This document shows positions 11,305 to 24,095 of a DNA stretch of 64,000 nt, one piece after another (within the stretch, counting starts at the first letter, position 1; each line of letters opens with the position of its first letter). Source of the DNA: Squalus acanthias. Taxonomy: Eukaryota. A program made the position numbers and the translations under genes. Under the pieces are notes generated by a model that ran no database searches, was not told the origin of the DNA, and saw only the letters and a list, made by a program, of their open reading frames with translations. Location: positions 98,396,001-98,460,000 of the forward strand of contig CM059431.1 of the NCBI GenBank assembly GCA_030390025.1. The letters are read 5' to 3'.

Positions 11305-12596
11305 TGTAGGGGGTGGAGTGGTAGGGGTCAGTCTCACCTCTGACTCAGTGAGCGGTTCGAATCGCTCCCATGCCCCTGGTTCGAGACCTTGGACTGATTT
11401 AGGGGTTGTGAACAAAGATGCAGTAGACAACAGGTTCTGATGAAAGAATTTTGACTTTATTAAAAGAAAAAGGTAACAAACTTAAAACACACTTAACACT
11501 TAAACACAGGTTGGGGAACATGCGGTACAGGCGAGGGAAATAACATTAGAAGAATACTTCACCCCTCCCAATCCCACTTCACTAGCTAGGTTGAACTCTG
11601 GAGAACCAGGGATAATGCTCACCAAACGAATCCTTGACAGTTGAGAGTTAGGGTTTAGAGCCTTTTGAGTAAAAGGTTTCATAAGGCCCTTGTTGCCGCG
11701 AGGTGTCCGATGGTCATTGAGGCAGTCGCTCTGGTTTCTTCTTGCGTGTCGGTCTGCTTGTGAAGTTGTTGGCCTTCTTTGTTGAACTTCTTGCTGTAAC
11801 TCTGCCTCTGTTTAAACTGTCTTCTTCCGAGCTGTGGAACTGCCTTCTTGTCCTGAACTCTGTAACTCCAGCACTGACTTCTGCTGAACACAGGCTTTTA
11901 AAATTGAACTGCAGAACTGCCTTGTGTTGAACTTGAACTGTTTTTCTGGAGAACTCGAACTTGTAACTGTTTTAACATCAACTCTTGTAACTGCTTGATG
12001 GGCCTTCAATTATACTAAATTGAAGTGGCCTTGTCAAAACCAAATCAAATCCTGGTCATTGTAAGACCTCGTTAACAGTAACGATTTTACTAAGTGTCAA
12101 ATGGCTTGCGTCCTGTCGATCTCTTCGGTTGATTACAGGTGATTGGTGGGGTAATGGATGTACTGGATGTTTTATTGTTTTCAGGCTTCTAGCATCCTGT
12201 TTGGGCCTGGGGATTTCAAAAGGGGTCTTGGATTATTCATATTTGGATGTGTATGTGAGGTTTTGGGTGAGGCTCTTCCTCCCTGGTTGAATTGCAGTGC
12301 AAACATTTCCCAGACAGCTTGACTGGGCCTCAATACCCAAAAGCTGTCCACTGCCTCACCACACCCTTTCTTGCAGCCTGTGGAGTTTCTATGAAAGGTG
12401 TTTTTCCCAATAGTAAATATCCAAAGTCATTTCCCTCAGGAGTTTTCTTCCCTGATCCTTAAGAATGTCCAAAACTGAGGTTTTTACCTCAAATCACTTC
12501 ACTTAGGTCCCATCATCCCAAATTTGTATGAAAAATCCAAAAATCACCCCTTTTAGGGTTCTATTCGAGTTTCTGGGGGATTTTGCGAAGCCTACA
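11305..12596 (-). mobile_element. Solo LTR (about 1.3 kb) with 4-bp target-site duplication
   Basis: TGTAGG...CCTACA termini flanked on both sides by GCTC (11301-11304, 12597-12600); minus-strand AATAAA at 11456-11461; interrupts an older CR1-like fragment. Confidence 0.75.
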
Positions 12597-13474
12597 GCTC
12601 CTCGACAGTTCCCAGTGTCTCACCATTTAGAAAATACTCTGGTCTATCTTAGGCCCAAAGTGGATGACCTCACATTTCCCTACATTGAGCTCCACACACT
12701 GATTCTCTCACACACTGTACACACGGCATTAGTGACTACACAGGGTGACTCTATTGATATAGAGAGTTGGGCTGGAGGTCTAAAAAGTATTGCTACCTCC
12801 ATCAGCATGAATCTTTAGGGTTTGCATTACCCAACGTGTAGTATTTTAGCAAGTTCTTCAATTTATTTTAAATAAGATGAACAGAAGCTATATGTTGTAC
12901 CTTGAATCCTTCCAATTCCCCCTTTTACATAACATTTTCTAAAATGATTCCCACCTCCCTTAGATCCAATTTTGTCTCGCTGGCTTAGTCTGAGGTATAA
13001 CTGTAGGAGTGTTTTGTATCTTCTTTTTATTCTGATTTAGCAGTAAATGTAATTCTTAACATTACTGTGATTCTTATGCCATCTTTATTGTTTTTTAAAA
13101 TACAAGTTGATCTCTCGGGAGTCAGGACCTGATATCATCTTGAGGTGATATGTGGTTAGTGGGCGGAGGATAATTGGAGCTGGGCGTGTAGAAATAATTC
13201 AATCCCCACTGTAAAGCAATCAGTTCTGTCTTTATTTTGATATATTACCAGTATAAACTCCTATGTCAACAGTTATGTTGGAAACTGGCTATGTAAACTT
13301 GTCACGCTACACTGCAGCGCCTCCACTGGGAGGACGGTGTCATTACAGTGAAACTCCACCCGCAGAGTGCGAATTTGTAAAATTTGCACTCAGATTTTCG
13401 TCATTTGTTGATTCGCTCTAAACTCTGCAATATTGATTATTAATTAATGAATGTTTGTATTTATTTATTTTCAG

Positions 13475-13564
13475 GGTGCAGCAGGTTTGCCGGGTTTTGC
13501 AGGGCCTCTGGGAATGCCAGGATTCCCGGGAGTTGAAGGTCCTGTCGGCTCTGTTGGACCAAAG
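13475..13564 (+). CDS. COL4A5: COL4A5 exon 3 (90 bp) GAAGLPGFAG...VGPK
   Basis: AG/GT boundaries, perfect Gly-X-Y. Confidence 0.95.
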
Positions 13565-13651
13565 GTAATTGCAGTCAACTTATCCAGAGGTTTGTTTCCA
13601 AACAGTGTGTTTGGCTGCATTTTGTAACAAAACGCCTGCTTTATATTTCAG

Positions 13652-13696
13652 GGTGACAGCGGTGAACCGGGTCTAGTGGGGAAGAAAGGAATCCGG
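13652..13696 (+). CDS. COL4A5: COL4A5 exon 4 (45 bp) GDSGEPGLVGKKGIR
   Basis: AG/GT, Gly-X-Y, ends KGIR as in human alpha5. Confidence 0.95.
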
Positions 13697-14026
13697 GTAT
13701 GTATTGCTGACAACCCATAGTTGGGTCTAATTGATGGCCCCAGGCTTCAGCCGCTGAAGCCCCTATCAGATGGGCTGTGTTCATAAAATCTTTTAAAAAT
13801 TAAATGAAGGAAATATCAAGGCAGCCCTGTGATATGATCAAAAAGTCAAATATCACAGCTGCCGGCAATCTGAACCAAAAGTAGAAAATGTAGGAAACGC
13901 AGAGCCAGTCAGTCAGAGTCTGGGGAGAGATGGTCAAAATGTTCTGGGTGCAGACAATGTGTCAGAGCTGGGAGAAATTACCGATGAACAGTGTTTAAAA
14001 AGGAACAAGCGGGAATGGGAAAAGCT

Positions 14027-14250
14027 CATACATGCACCGCACACACAGATTTACAGACACGGACACACAGGCACACATTCGCACACTCACACACACAAAC
14101 ATGCACCGCACACACAGATTTATAGACGCAGACACACAGACACACATTCGCACACTCACACACACAAACATGCACGCACACTTGTATGCAAACTCAAACA
14201 CACACACAAACACGTGCACACGCTTGCACAAACGCACGCTCACACATCAA
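14027..14250. repeat. CA-rich low-complexity repeat with an internal 70-bp duplication
   Basis: catgcaccgcacacacagattta occurs twice 70 bp apart. Confidence 0.8.
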
Positions 14251-14727
14251 CATGGTGCTCCTACCCTCCCCACCATGGCCACGGCAGGATATGCAATCGA
14301 ATTCTACTCCCTCCCCTCCCGTGCAATAACAAAAACCGTGTGGCAGGAACACATGGTGGGCTATTCTGGACCTGACATTACAACAGATTCTTGGCCAATT
14401 CTTCATGTTCCCCTCACCCCCAACCACCCCACCGCCCTTCCCTCAACCCCCTGCCCCACCCCGGCTGAAGTTATTCCAGGGAGCTGGACTTACGCTGGAG
14501 TATATTGGCCTGACCGTTGTTTGATCTTAACTACAGTTTTACTAATCTTAACGCCATGCTGTTCCAGTGCTGGTGAAATGGCTACAGTCTGGTTATCAGC
14601 AGCACCATCTCCTCTCCCACTCTCATAATTTCCGTGCATTTACAGAAATATTGGGGGTAGAATTTCCGTGGGGATTCTCCCCGATCTCCTGCTGTAAATT
14701 TGCCGGACACTGATGCACAGAATCATA

Positions 14728-15301
14728 GGGGGCTAAATTAGGTTGATTTGCGCCTCCCGTCATCGCCGTGCGCAGCGCCCCGCTCACACCCCGGCTGTAA
14801 TATTGGGTGTCACCCCCTGACTTACTGCCGGACGTGATGTCCGCCGGCGTCAGGGAGGCCCACCTGCGGCCGGGGCGGTGCTAGTTAAAGGGGAGGTGGT
14901 GGGCGGCCATTTTTGTTGCAGGCCGTCTGCCAGCACCTGCCCCCGTTGCTGTCCCTGGCCCCCGTGAAGCCCCCCACCGCGGGGTGCCGGCTCCTCTCCT
15001 CTTGAGTGCCGGGCTCATTTGCCGGCACTCCCGATCCCTGGTGGCCCAGCTGGGCGCTGGGGCACGCTGCGCCAGGCCCCTCCCCTTTAATAAGGGGAGG
15101 AAGGCCTGCAGTGACGCGATATTGGCTGGCAGCGCCCCAAGAGAGACGCGGGGTGCTGCCAGTAGCGCCCCTCCTCCCTCTCGGGGCACTACCTGGAAAA
15201 ATCGGCCGCGGGGGCGCGAAATTTTTCGGGGAGCTAAAATTAGCACCCCGGCGAAAGTAGCGCCCAAAGGGGGCGGGGGTGTGCTTCCCAATTTTTACCC
15301 C
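14728..15301. mobile_element. GC-rich non-autonomous DNA transposon (Harbinger-like MITE)
   Basis: Termini GGGGGCTAAATT / AATTTTTACCCC, ATA(G) duplicated at both flanks; sits within a CR1 catagaat tail. Confidence 0.65.
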
Positions 15302-15850
15302 ATAGAATCTTACAGCACAGAAGGAGGCCATTCGGCCCATTGTACCTGTGCCGGCTCTTTGAACGAGCTCTCCAATTAGTCCCACTCCCCCTGCTCTTTC
15401 CCCAGAGCCCTGCAAGTTTTTCACTTTCAAGTATTTATCCAATTCTCTTTTGAAAGTTACTATTGAATCTGCTTCCACCGCCCTTTCAGGCAGCGCATTC
15501 CAGATCACAACAACTCGCTGCGTAAAAATAAATTTTCCTCATCTCCCCTCTGGTTCTTTTGCCAATTGCCTTCAATCTGTGTCCTCTGGTTACCGACCCT
15601 CCTGTCACTGGAAACAGTTTCACCTTATTTACTCTATCAAAACCCTTCATGATTTTGAGCAACTCTATCAAATCTCCTGCACTGGAAGGAGAACAACCCC
15701 AGTTTCTCCAGTCTCTCCACATAACTGAAGTCACTCATCCCTGGAACCATTCTAGTAAATCTCCTCTGCACCCTCTCCAAGGCCTTGACATCCTCCCTAA
15801 AGTGCGGTGCCCAGAATTGGACACAATACCCCAGCTGGGGCCTAACCAGG
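15302..15850 (-). mobile_element. CR1 LINE 3' fragment
   Basis: LVRPQLGYCVQFWAP...IWNALPERAVEA ORF2 C-terminus plus 3' UTR, frameshifted. Confidence 0.9.
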
Positions 15851-16080
15851 GAATTATAAATTGTATACCGTCTCCCTGGAGTGTCCACCAATCTTATGGC
15901 AAAGTTACGACAGAACATTGGGGAAACCCCCACAGGGATTGGAGCCAACTGTCTTGGAAAATGAAAGAGAGGACGTGAGCTACGACCAAACAGGATTGTT
16001 AAAGGAAAGTAACTGAGATATTTCCCACTGTTAGAAGCACTTTATTAATCAGATGTTTTATTGCAATATTAACAACACAG

Positions 16081-16125
16081 GGTCCAGCTGGGTCACCAGG
16101 ATTCCCAGGAACCCCAGGACTACCT
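16081..16125 (+). CDS. COL4A5: COL4A5 exon 5 (45 bp) GPAGSPGFPGTPGLP
   Basis: AG/GT, Gly-X-Y. Confidence 0.95.
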
Positions 16126-16220
16126 GTAAGTATTACATCTACAATTACTGAATGATTCACGTTTAAAACACTAAAGTGTTTCTAACAGAAAGAAACCGTT
16201 TGGGAATTCTCTTCACTCAG

Positions 16221-16283
16221 GGGTTACCAGGACAAGATGGACCTTCAGGACCAGGAGGAATCCCAGGATGCAACGGTACAAAG
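16221..16283 (+). CDS. COL4A5: COL4A5 exon 6 (63 bp) GLPGQDG...GIPGCNGTK
   Basis: Contains the conserved type IV 7S GCNGTK Cys/N-glycosylation motif; AG/GT. Confidence 0.97.
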
Positions 16284-16421
16284 GTAACCCTTGATCTCAG
16301 CATCGGATTAATCTGCAATTGATACACGTTTATAGAATGTTCCAGCACAGAAACCGGCCATTCAGCCCATCCAACCCATGCAAGCCTTTTTCTCCATTCT
16401 CCTACACGCTCTCCATACCTT

Positions 16422-19400
16422 GTAATATCCCACCCAGCCTAATCCCACTCTCCTGCTCATTCCCCGTACACTTTAATATCCCACCCAGTCTAATCCCACT
16501 CTCCCCCTCACTCCCCGTACCCTTTAATATCCCACCCAGTCTAATCCCACTCTCCTGCTCACTCCCCATACCCTTTAATATCCCACCCAGTCTAATCCCA
16601 CTCTCCCCCTCATTCCCCGTACACTTTAATATCCCACCCAGTCTAATCCCACTCTCCTGCTCACTCCCCATACCCTTTAATATCCCACCCAGTCTAATCC
16701 CACTCTCCCTCTCACTCCCCGTATCCTTTAATATCCCACCCAGTCTAATCCCACTCGCCCCCTCACTCCCTGTACCCTTTAATATCCCACCCAGCCTAAT
16801 CCCACTCTCCTGCTCACTCCCCATACCCTTTAATATCCCACCCAGTCCAATCCCACTTTCCCCCTCATTCCCCGTACACTTTAATATCCCACCCAGTCTA
16901 ATCCCACTCTCCTGCTCACTCCCCATACCCTTTAATATCCCACCCAGTCTAATCCCACTCTCCCTCTCACTCCCCGTATCCTTTAATATCCCACCCAGTC
17001 TAATCCCACTCGCCCCCTCACTCCACGTACCATTTCATATCCCACCCAGTCTAATCCCACTCTCCCCTCACTCCCCGTACCCTTTAATATCCCACCCAGT
17101 CTAATCCCACTCTCCTGCTCACTCCCCGTACCCTTTAATAACCCACCTAGTCTAATCCCACTCTCCCCCTCACTCCCCGTACCCTTTAATATCCCACCCA
17201 GTCTAATCCCACTCTCCCCCTCACTCCCCGTACCCTTTAATACCCCACCCAGTCTAATCCCACTCTCCTGCTCACTCCCCGTACCCTTTAATATCCCACC
17301 CAGTCTAATCCCACTCTCCCCTCACTCCCCTTACCCTTTAATATCCCACCCAGTCCAATCCCACTCTCCCCTCACTCCCCGTACCCTTTAATATCCCACC
17401 CAGTCTAATCCCACTCTCCTGCTCACTCCCCACACCCTTTAATACCCACCCAGTCTAATCCCACTCTCCTGCTCACTCCCCGTACCCTTTAATATCCCAC
17501 CCAGTCTAATCCCACTTTCCCCCTCATTCCCCGTACACTTTAATATCCCACCCAGTCTAATCCCACTCTCCTGCTCACTCCCCATACCCCTTAATATCCC
17601 ACCCAGTCTAATCCCACTCTCCCCTCACTCCCCGTACCCTTTAATATCCCACCCAGTCTAACCCCACTCTCCTGCTCACTCCCCACACCCTTTAATATCC
17701 CACCCAGTCTAATCCCACTCTCCCCTCACTCCCCGTACCCTTTAATATCCCACCCAGTCTAATCCCACTCTCCCCTCACTCCCCGTACCCTTTAATATCC
17801 CACCCAGTCTAATCCCACTCTCCCCTCACTCCCCGTACCCTTTAATATCCCACCCAGTCTAATCCCACTCTCCCTCTCACTCCCCGTACCCTTTAATATC
17901 CCACCCAGTCTAATCCCACTCGCCCGCTCACTCCCCACACCCTTTAATATCCTACCCAGTCTAATCCCACTCTCCTGCTCACTCCCCACACCCTTTAATA
18001 TCCCACCCAGTCTAATCCCACTCTCCTGCTCACTCCCCGTACCCTTTAATATCCCACCCAGTCTAATCCCACTTTCCCCCTCATTCCCCGTACACTTTAA
18101 TATCCCACCCAGTCTAATCCCACTCTCCTGCTCACTCCCCATACCCCTTAATATCCCACCCAGTCTAATCCCACTCTCCCTCTCACTCCCCATACCCTTT
18201 AATATCCCACCCAGTCTAATCCCACTCGCCCTCTCACTCCCCACACCCTTTAATATCCTACCCAGTCTAATCCCACTCGCCCCCTCACTCCCCACACCCT
18301 TTAATACCCCACCCAGTCTAATCCCAGCTCCCCCTCACTCCACGTACCCTTTCATATCCCACCCAGTCTAATCCCACTATCCCCTCACTCCCCGTACCCT
18401 TTAATATCCCACCCAGTCTAATCCCACTTTCCCACTCACTCACCGTATCCTTTAATATCCCACCCAGTCTAATCCCACTCTCCTGCTCACTCCCCGTACC
18501 CTTTAATATCCCACCCAGTCTAATCCCACTCTCCTGCTCACTCCCCGTACCCTTTAATATCCCACCCAGTCTAATCCCACTTTCCCCCTCATTCCCCGTA
18601 CACTTTAATATCCCACCCAGTCTAATCCCACTCTCCTGCTCACTCCCCATACCCCTTAATATCCCACCCAGTCTAATCCCACTCTCCCTCTCACTCGCCA
18701 TACCCTTTAATATCCCACCCAGTCTAATCCCACTCGCCCTCTCACTCCCCACACCCTTTAATATCCCACCCAGTCTAATCCCACTCTCCCTCTCACTCCC
18801 CATACCCTTTAATATCCCACCCAGTCTAATCCCACTTGCCCCCTCACTCCCCACACCCTTTAATACCCCACCCAGTCTAATCCCAGCTCCCCCTCACTCC
18901 ACGTACCCTTTCATATCCCACCCAGTCTAATCCCACTCTCCCCTCACTCCCCGTACCCTTTAATATCCCACCCAGTCTAATCCCACTTTCCCACTCACTC
19001 CCCGTATCCTTTAATATCCCACCCAATCTAATCCCACTCACCCCTCACTCCCCGTATCCTTTAATATCCCACCCAGTCTAATCCCACTCTCCCGCTCACT
19101 CCCCGTACCCTTTAATATCCCACCCAGTCTAATCCCACTCTCCCCTCACTCCCCGTACCCTTTAATATCCCACCCAGTCTAATCCCACTCTCCCCTCACT
19201 CCCCGTACCCTTTAATATCCCACCCAGTCTAATCCCACTCTCCCCTCACTCCCCACACCCTTTAATATCCCACCCAGTCTAATCCCACTCTCCCGCTCAC
19301 TCCCCGTACCCTTTAATATCCCACCCAGTCTAATCCCACTCTCCTGCTCACTCCCCACACCCTTTAATATCCCACACAGTCTAATCCCACTCTCCCGCTC

Positions 19401-20050
19401 ACTCCCCATAACCTTTAATATCCCACCCAGTCTAATCCCACTCTCCCCTCACTCCCCGTACCCTTTAATATCCCACCCAGTCTAATCCCACTCTCCCCTC
19501 ACTCCCCGTACCCTTTAATATCCCACCCAGTCTAATTCCACTCTTCCCTCACTCCCCGTACCCTTTAATATTCCACCCAGTCTAATCCCACTCTCCCCCT
19601 CACTCCCCACACCCTTTAATATCTCACCCAGTCTAATCCCACTCTCCCCTCACTCCCCGTACCCTTTAATATCCCACCCAGTCTAATCCCACTCTCCCCT
19701 CACTCCCCGTACCCTTTAATATCCCACCCAGTCTAATCCCACTCTCCCTCACTCCCCACACCCTTTAATATCCCACCCAGTCTAATCCCACTCTCCCCTC
19801 ACTCCCCGTACCCTTTAATATCCCACCCAGTCTGATCCCACTCTCCCCTCACTCCCCGTACCCTTTAATATTCCACCCAGTCTAATCCCACTTTCCCACT
19901 CACTCCCCGTATCCTTTAATATCCCACCCAGTCTAATCCCACTCTCCCCCTCACTCCCCGTACCCTTTAATATCCCACCCAGTCTAATCCCACTCTCCCC
20001 CTCACTCCCCACACCCTTTAATATCCCACCCAGTCAAATCCCACTCTCCT
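16422..20050. repeat. Minisatellite, 50-51-bp unit TAATATCCCACCCAGTCTAATCCCACTCTCCCCTCACTCCCCGTACCCTT
   Basis: Periodicity read directly; about 3.6 kb, roughly 70 units. Confidence 0.97.
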
Positions 20051-20185
20051 GTTTATATTAAACACTCCAATGAATATAAATTGCTGGGAGAGAATGGCCG
20101 AATCTGATCATTAGGTGTGTGTCAGTAAGGATGGGCCATTAATGTACATGGAATGCGAAGACTGACCCACTATTTTTTGATGTAG

Positions 20186-20239
20186 GGTGAGAAAGGTCCA
20201 CTGGGACCCCCGGGATTCCCAGGTCTACAAGGCCCCTCG
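20186..20239 (+). CDS. COL4A5: COL4A5 exon 7 (54 bp) GEKGPLGPPGFPGLQGPS
   Basis: AG/GT, Gly-X-Y. Confidence 0.95.
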
Positions 20240-20347
20240 GTGAGTATCTGTAAATTAGATTTGCCTTTGTGATTTCACAGTAATAGAGGTGTGCAATGGT
20301 GCAGCATCGGGATTATATTTTCACACTGCTGTAATGTTGTTTTTCAG

Positions 20348-20374
20348 GGTCAACCAGGGATTCCAGGGATGAAG
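20348..20374 (+). CDS. COL4A5: COL4A5 exon 8 (27 bp) GQPGIPGMK
   Basis: AG/GT; matches human GPPGIPGMK. Confidence 0.95.
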
Positions 20375-20534
20375 GTAAGAAACAAAACTGTTTCTCAATT
20401 GCTTTTCAAAAGTTCAACAAAGTGTAAAGAACCAGTCAGGGTGATTCCGAGCTGCCATTGTAGCCGTGGTTCTCCGTCCCGTTCTCCCATCGAGTGCAGG
20501 CTCCACACTGGAAGCTCAGGATGGCAGAATCACC

Positions 20535-21078
20535 GGAGCAGGAGGAGGCCATTCGGCCCCTCGAGCCTGTTATACAGGAACAGGAGGAGGCCCATTCAGC
20601 CCCTCGAGCCTGTTACACAGGAACAGGAGGAGGCCATTCAGCCCCTCGAGCCTGTTATACAGGAACAGGAGGAGGCCCATTCGGCCCCTCGAGCCTGTTA
20701 CACAGGAACAGGAGGAGGCCATTCAGCCCCTCGAGCCTGTTATACAGGAACAGGAGGAGGCCATTCAGCCCCTCGAGCCTGTTACACAGGAACAGGAGGA
20801 GGTCATTCAGCCCCTCGAGTCTGTTATACAGGAACAGGAGGAGGCCATTCATCCCCTCGAGCCTGTTACACAGGAGCAGGAGGAGGCCATTCAGCCCCTC
20901 AAGCCTGTTACACAGGAACAGGAGGAGGCCATTCAGCCCTTCGAGCCTGTTATACAGGAACAGGAGGAGGCCATTCAGCCCCTCGAGCCTGTTACACAGG
21001 AACAGGAGGAGGTCATTCAGCCCCTCGAGCCTGTTATACAGGAACAGGAGGAGGCCATTCAGCCCCTCAAGCCTGTTC
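20535..21078. repeat. Tandem array, 42-bp unit derived from a CR1 3' terminus
   Basis: About 13 copies of acaggaacaggaggaggccattcagcccctcgagcctgtt.. running directly into a CR1 3' UTR (to about 21200). Confidence 0.92.
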
Positions 21079-21471
21079 CGCCATTCAATGAGATCATGGC
21101 TGATCTGCGACCTAACTCCATATACCTGGTCCATATCCCTTAATAACTTTGGTTTACAAAAATCTACCAATCTCCGATTTAAAATGAACAATTGATCGAG
21201 CATCAGAATCAGCATCAAACCAGCAAATAAGGAATGTAAGTACAAATCAGACTGAGATGCTTGGGTTTCGTGGGGTAGACCGCTGGTCTCGGGGGCAGGG
21301 GAGCTTGCTGTGGTGCATGAGCTGTTATTTAGACACTTTCGGATAGAGGCTGAATAAAAACTATACAGAGCAGCAGCTACTGGAGCGAGGCAGTTTGATC
21401 TTGCGTGTAACAGAGGGTGCGAGTACAGCCCGAAAAAATATCACCCTGCAATTTGCATTATTAGGTGAAAG

Positions 21472-21972
21472 TCATAGAATCAAATCTTACAGCACAGAGG
21501 GAGGCCATTCGGCCCATCGTGCCTGTGACGGCTCTGTGAACGAGCTCTCCAATTAGTCCCACTCCCCCCTGCTCTTTCCCTACAGCCCTGCAAATTTTTC
21601 CCCTTTTAAATATTTATCCAATTCCCTTTTGAAAGTTACTATTGAATCTGCTTCCACCGCCCTTTCAGGCAGCGCATTCCAGATCACAACAACTCGCTGC
21701 GTAAAAAATATTCTCCTCATCTCCCCTCTGGCTCTTTCACCAATGACCTTCAATCTGTGACCTCTGGTTACCCACCCTCCTGCCACTGGAAACAGTTTCT
21801 CCTTATTTACTCTATCAGAACCCTTTGTAATTTTGAACACCTCCATTAAATCTCCCCTTAACCTTCTCTGCTCTAAGGCGAACAACCCCAGCTTCTCCAG
21901 TCTCTCCACATAACTGAAGTCCCTCATCCCTGATACCATTCCAGAAAATCTCTCCACCCTCTCCAAGGCCTT
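21472..21972 (-). mobile_element. CR1 LINE 3' fragment
   Basis: SYVERLEKLGLFALEQRRLRGDL...FFTQRVVVIWNALP plus 3' UTR. Confidence 0.92.
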
Positions 21973-22079
21973 GTACTTCAGACTTACGTTTTAGGAAAAG
22001 TCTTGAAGAAAGATGTAAAGTAAAGATCTGTTTCCCACTACCGGTAAATTAATACTCTGATGATTTTGTTTCAAAACAG

Positions 22080-22154
22080 GGAGACCCAGGTGAAGTAATT
22101 GATATTTCGGTATCGAAGGGGGAGCGAGGATTCCCAGGACCACCGGGAAAAGTG
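22080..22154 (+). CDS. COL4A5: COL4A5 exon 9 (75 bp) GDPGEVIDISVSKGERGFPGPPGKV
   Basis: AG/GT; includes the first helix interruption. Confidence 0.92.
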
Positions 22155-22249
22155 GTGAGTTTTTGTCTCTGGGAACACTCACTCTACAATGGTCTGAGCA
22201 TCTCCCCCATTCCCTCAGTTCTAAGCCATTCCATCTCTTTTAACCGCAG

Positions 22250-22312
22250 GGTACACCAGGGATATCCGGACCGATTGGACCCCCAGGTCCATCAGGCTAC
22301 CCCGGCCCTTCA
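22250..22312 (+). CDS. COL4A5: COL4A5 exon 10 (63 bp)
   Basis: GTPGISGPIGPPGPSGYPGPS; AG/GT. Confidence 0.95.
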
Positions 22313-22662
22313 GTAAGTCTCTTTATTCTCATCTCTCACTCAAAAAGGTTTCTAGTTAAAATTGTATTTTTAGTTTCGAGTGAGCGTAACTTGGAGTGAA
22401 TCAGGCGCGGAGGAGCTGGAACTGGTGACACGGAGAGAGAGTAGATACCGAATAACCCAGGGCTCTGATTCCAAATCCTGAAATGGTGAACTGCACATCC
22501 AATTCTCTATAGAGGGCCGATTCGGTGACATGGCACTGCCAGTGGGGTGTCTCACCAGCCCGGAGTACGTATCGGAAATGTACCGTGGAAAGTCAATCAT
22601 GCCCAAATTTCAGATTTGTGCTCCCAGCAAGCATTGCTACTCGCCATCACCAAAGGATCCAA

Positions 22663-23256
22663 ACATCATCCCTCGGGCAAGGAATCCCATTGGACATCAC
22701 CCCTCGGGCAAGGAGTCCTATTGGAGATCACCCCTCGGGCAAGGAATCCCATTGGACATCATCCCTCGGGCAAGGAATCCCATTGGACATCACCCCTCGG
22801 GCAAGGAGTCCTATTGGACATCACCCCTCGGGCAAGGAGTCCTATTGGACATCACCCCTCGGGCAAGGAATCCCATTGGACATCATCCCTCGGGCAAGGA
22901 ATCCAATTGGACATCACCCCTCGGGCAAGGAGTCCCATTGGACATCACCCTTCGGGCAAGGAATCCCATTGGACATCAACCCTCGGGCAAGGAATCCCAT
23001 TGGACATCACCCCTTGGGCAAGGAGTCCCATTGGACATCACCCCTCGGGCAAGGAGTCCTATTGGACATCACCCCTCGGGCAAGGAGTCCTATTGGACAT
23101 CACCCCTCGGGCAAGGAATCCCATTGGACATCATCCCTCGGGCAAGGAATCCCATTGGACATCACCCCTCGGGCAAGGAGTCCCATTGGACATCACCCCT
23201 CGGGCAAGGAGTCCTATTGGACATCACCCCTCTGGCAAGGAGTCCCATTGGACATT
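22663..23256. repeat. Minisatellite, 31-bp unit GGACATCACCCCTCGGGCAAGGAATCCCATT
   Basis: About 19 copies read directly. Confidence 0.95.
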
Positions 23257-23767
23257 AACCCTTTGTTCCAACTCTTGAACACATCTTTCACATGTCCCTG
23301 GGATCCTTTGCACTCCAATGACAGCACATGAGTCCAGGTGTGCAACCACGATCCTGTGTTTCCAGGAAACATGCAGAGAGCTTTTCACTGGGGAATGGGT
23401 GGGTGAAGATTTGTCTGCATGTAGAAAAGGTTTATCTTAAGTCAGATCCGCTGAGGTTGTTTTTGAAGCGTGTTTGCTCCGTATTTCCCCTTTTGGTCTT
23501 CAGTTGTCTGCACCATTGCCCAGCCACCAGATAGCTGCCAGCTCTCTGCCTGAGCCACGGGACAACGGGCTGTTGGGAGATACACAGTAGGAGCCCAGTG
23601 AGCCTCTTCCTCAGGTTTTACCTCCAATCTAAAGGGGAATTGTACGTCCTCGATTCAGTGCCTCCTCAAAGCAACGTATCAAAGACAAGGAATCCCCATC
23701 ACATAGGGAATTATGGGTACAAACCCATGGTCGAACCTCCTCATCACTCAAGTTGTTATAAGTCTGG

Positions 23768-24095
23768 CAAGGAAACGCAGCAGCCAATTTGCACACAGCA
23801 AGCTCCCACAAACAGCAATGTGTAAAATGACCAGATTATCTTTTTTTAGTGATGTTGGTTGAGGGATAAATATTGGCCCAGGACACCGGGGAGAACTCCC
23901 CTGCTCTTCTTTGAAATAGTGCCTTGGGATCTTTCGCGTCCACCTGAGAGGGCAGACAGGGGCCTCGGTTTACAGTCTCATCCAAATAATATCTCATCTG
24001 ACAGCACTCCCTCGGTACTTAACTGAAGTGTCAGCCTAGTTATTGTGCTCGTGTCTCTGGAGTGTACCCACAACCTTCTGACTTAGAGGCAAAAA
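23768..24095 (-). mobile_element. Deu-domain SINE copy, no internal array
   Basis: Colinear with the 10610-11000 copy. Confidence 0.75.

Noticed and set aside
13310..13330. CTCF site call at gcagcgcctccactgg (also 26435-26450)
   Set aside because: Only the GGCGC half matches the consensus and spacing is off by one; kept only as part of the dispersed-element finding.
22663..23256. CRISPR-like appearance of 29-36-bp repeats
   Set aside because: Units are head-to-tail with no unique spacers and no cas genes, and the context is a vertebrate intron.
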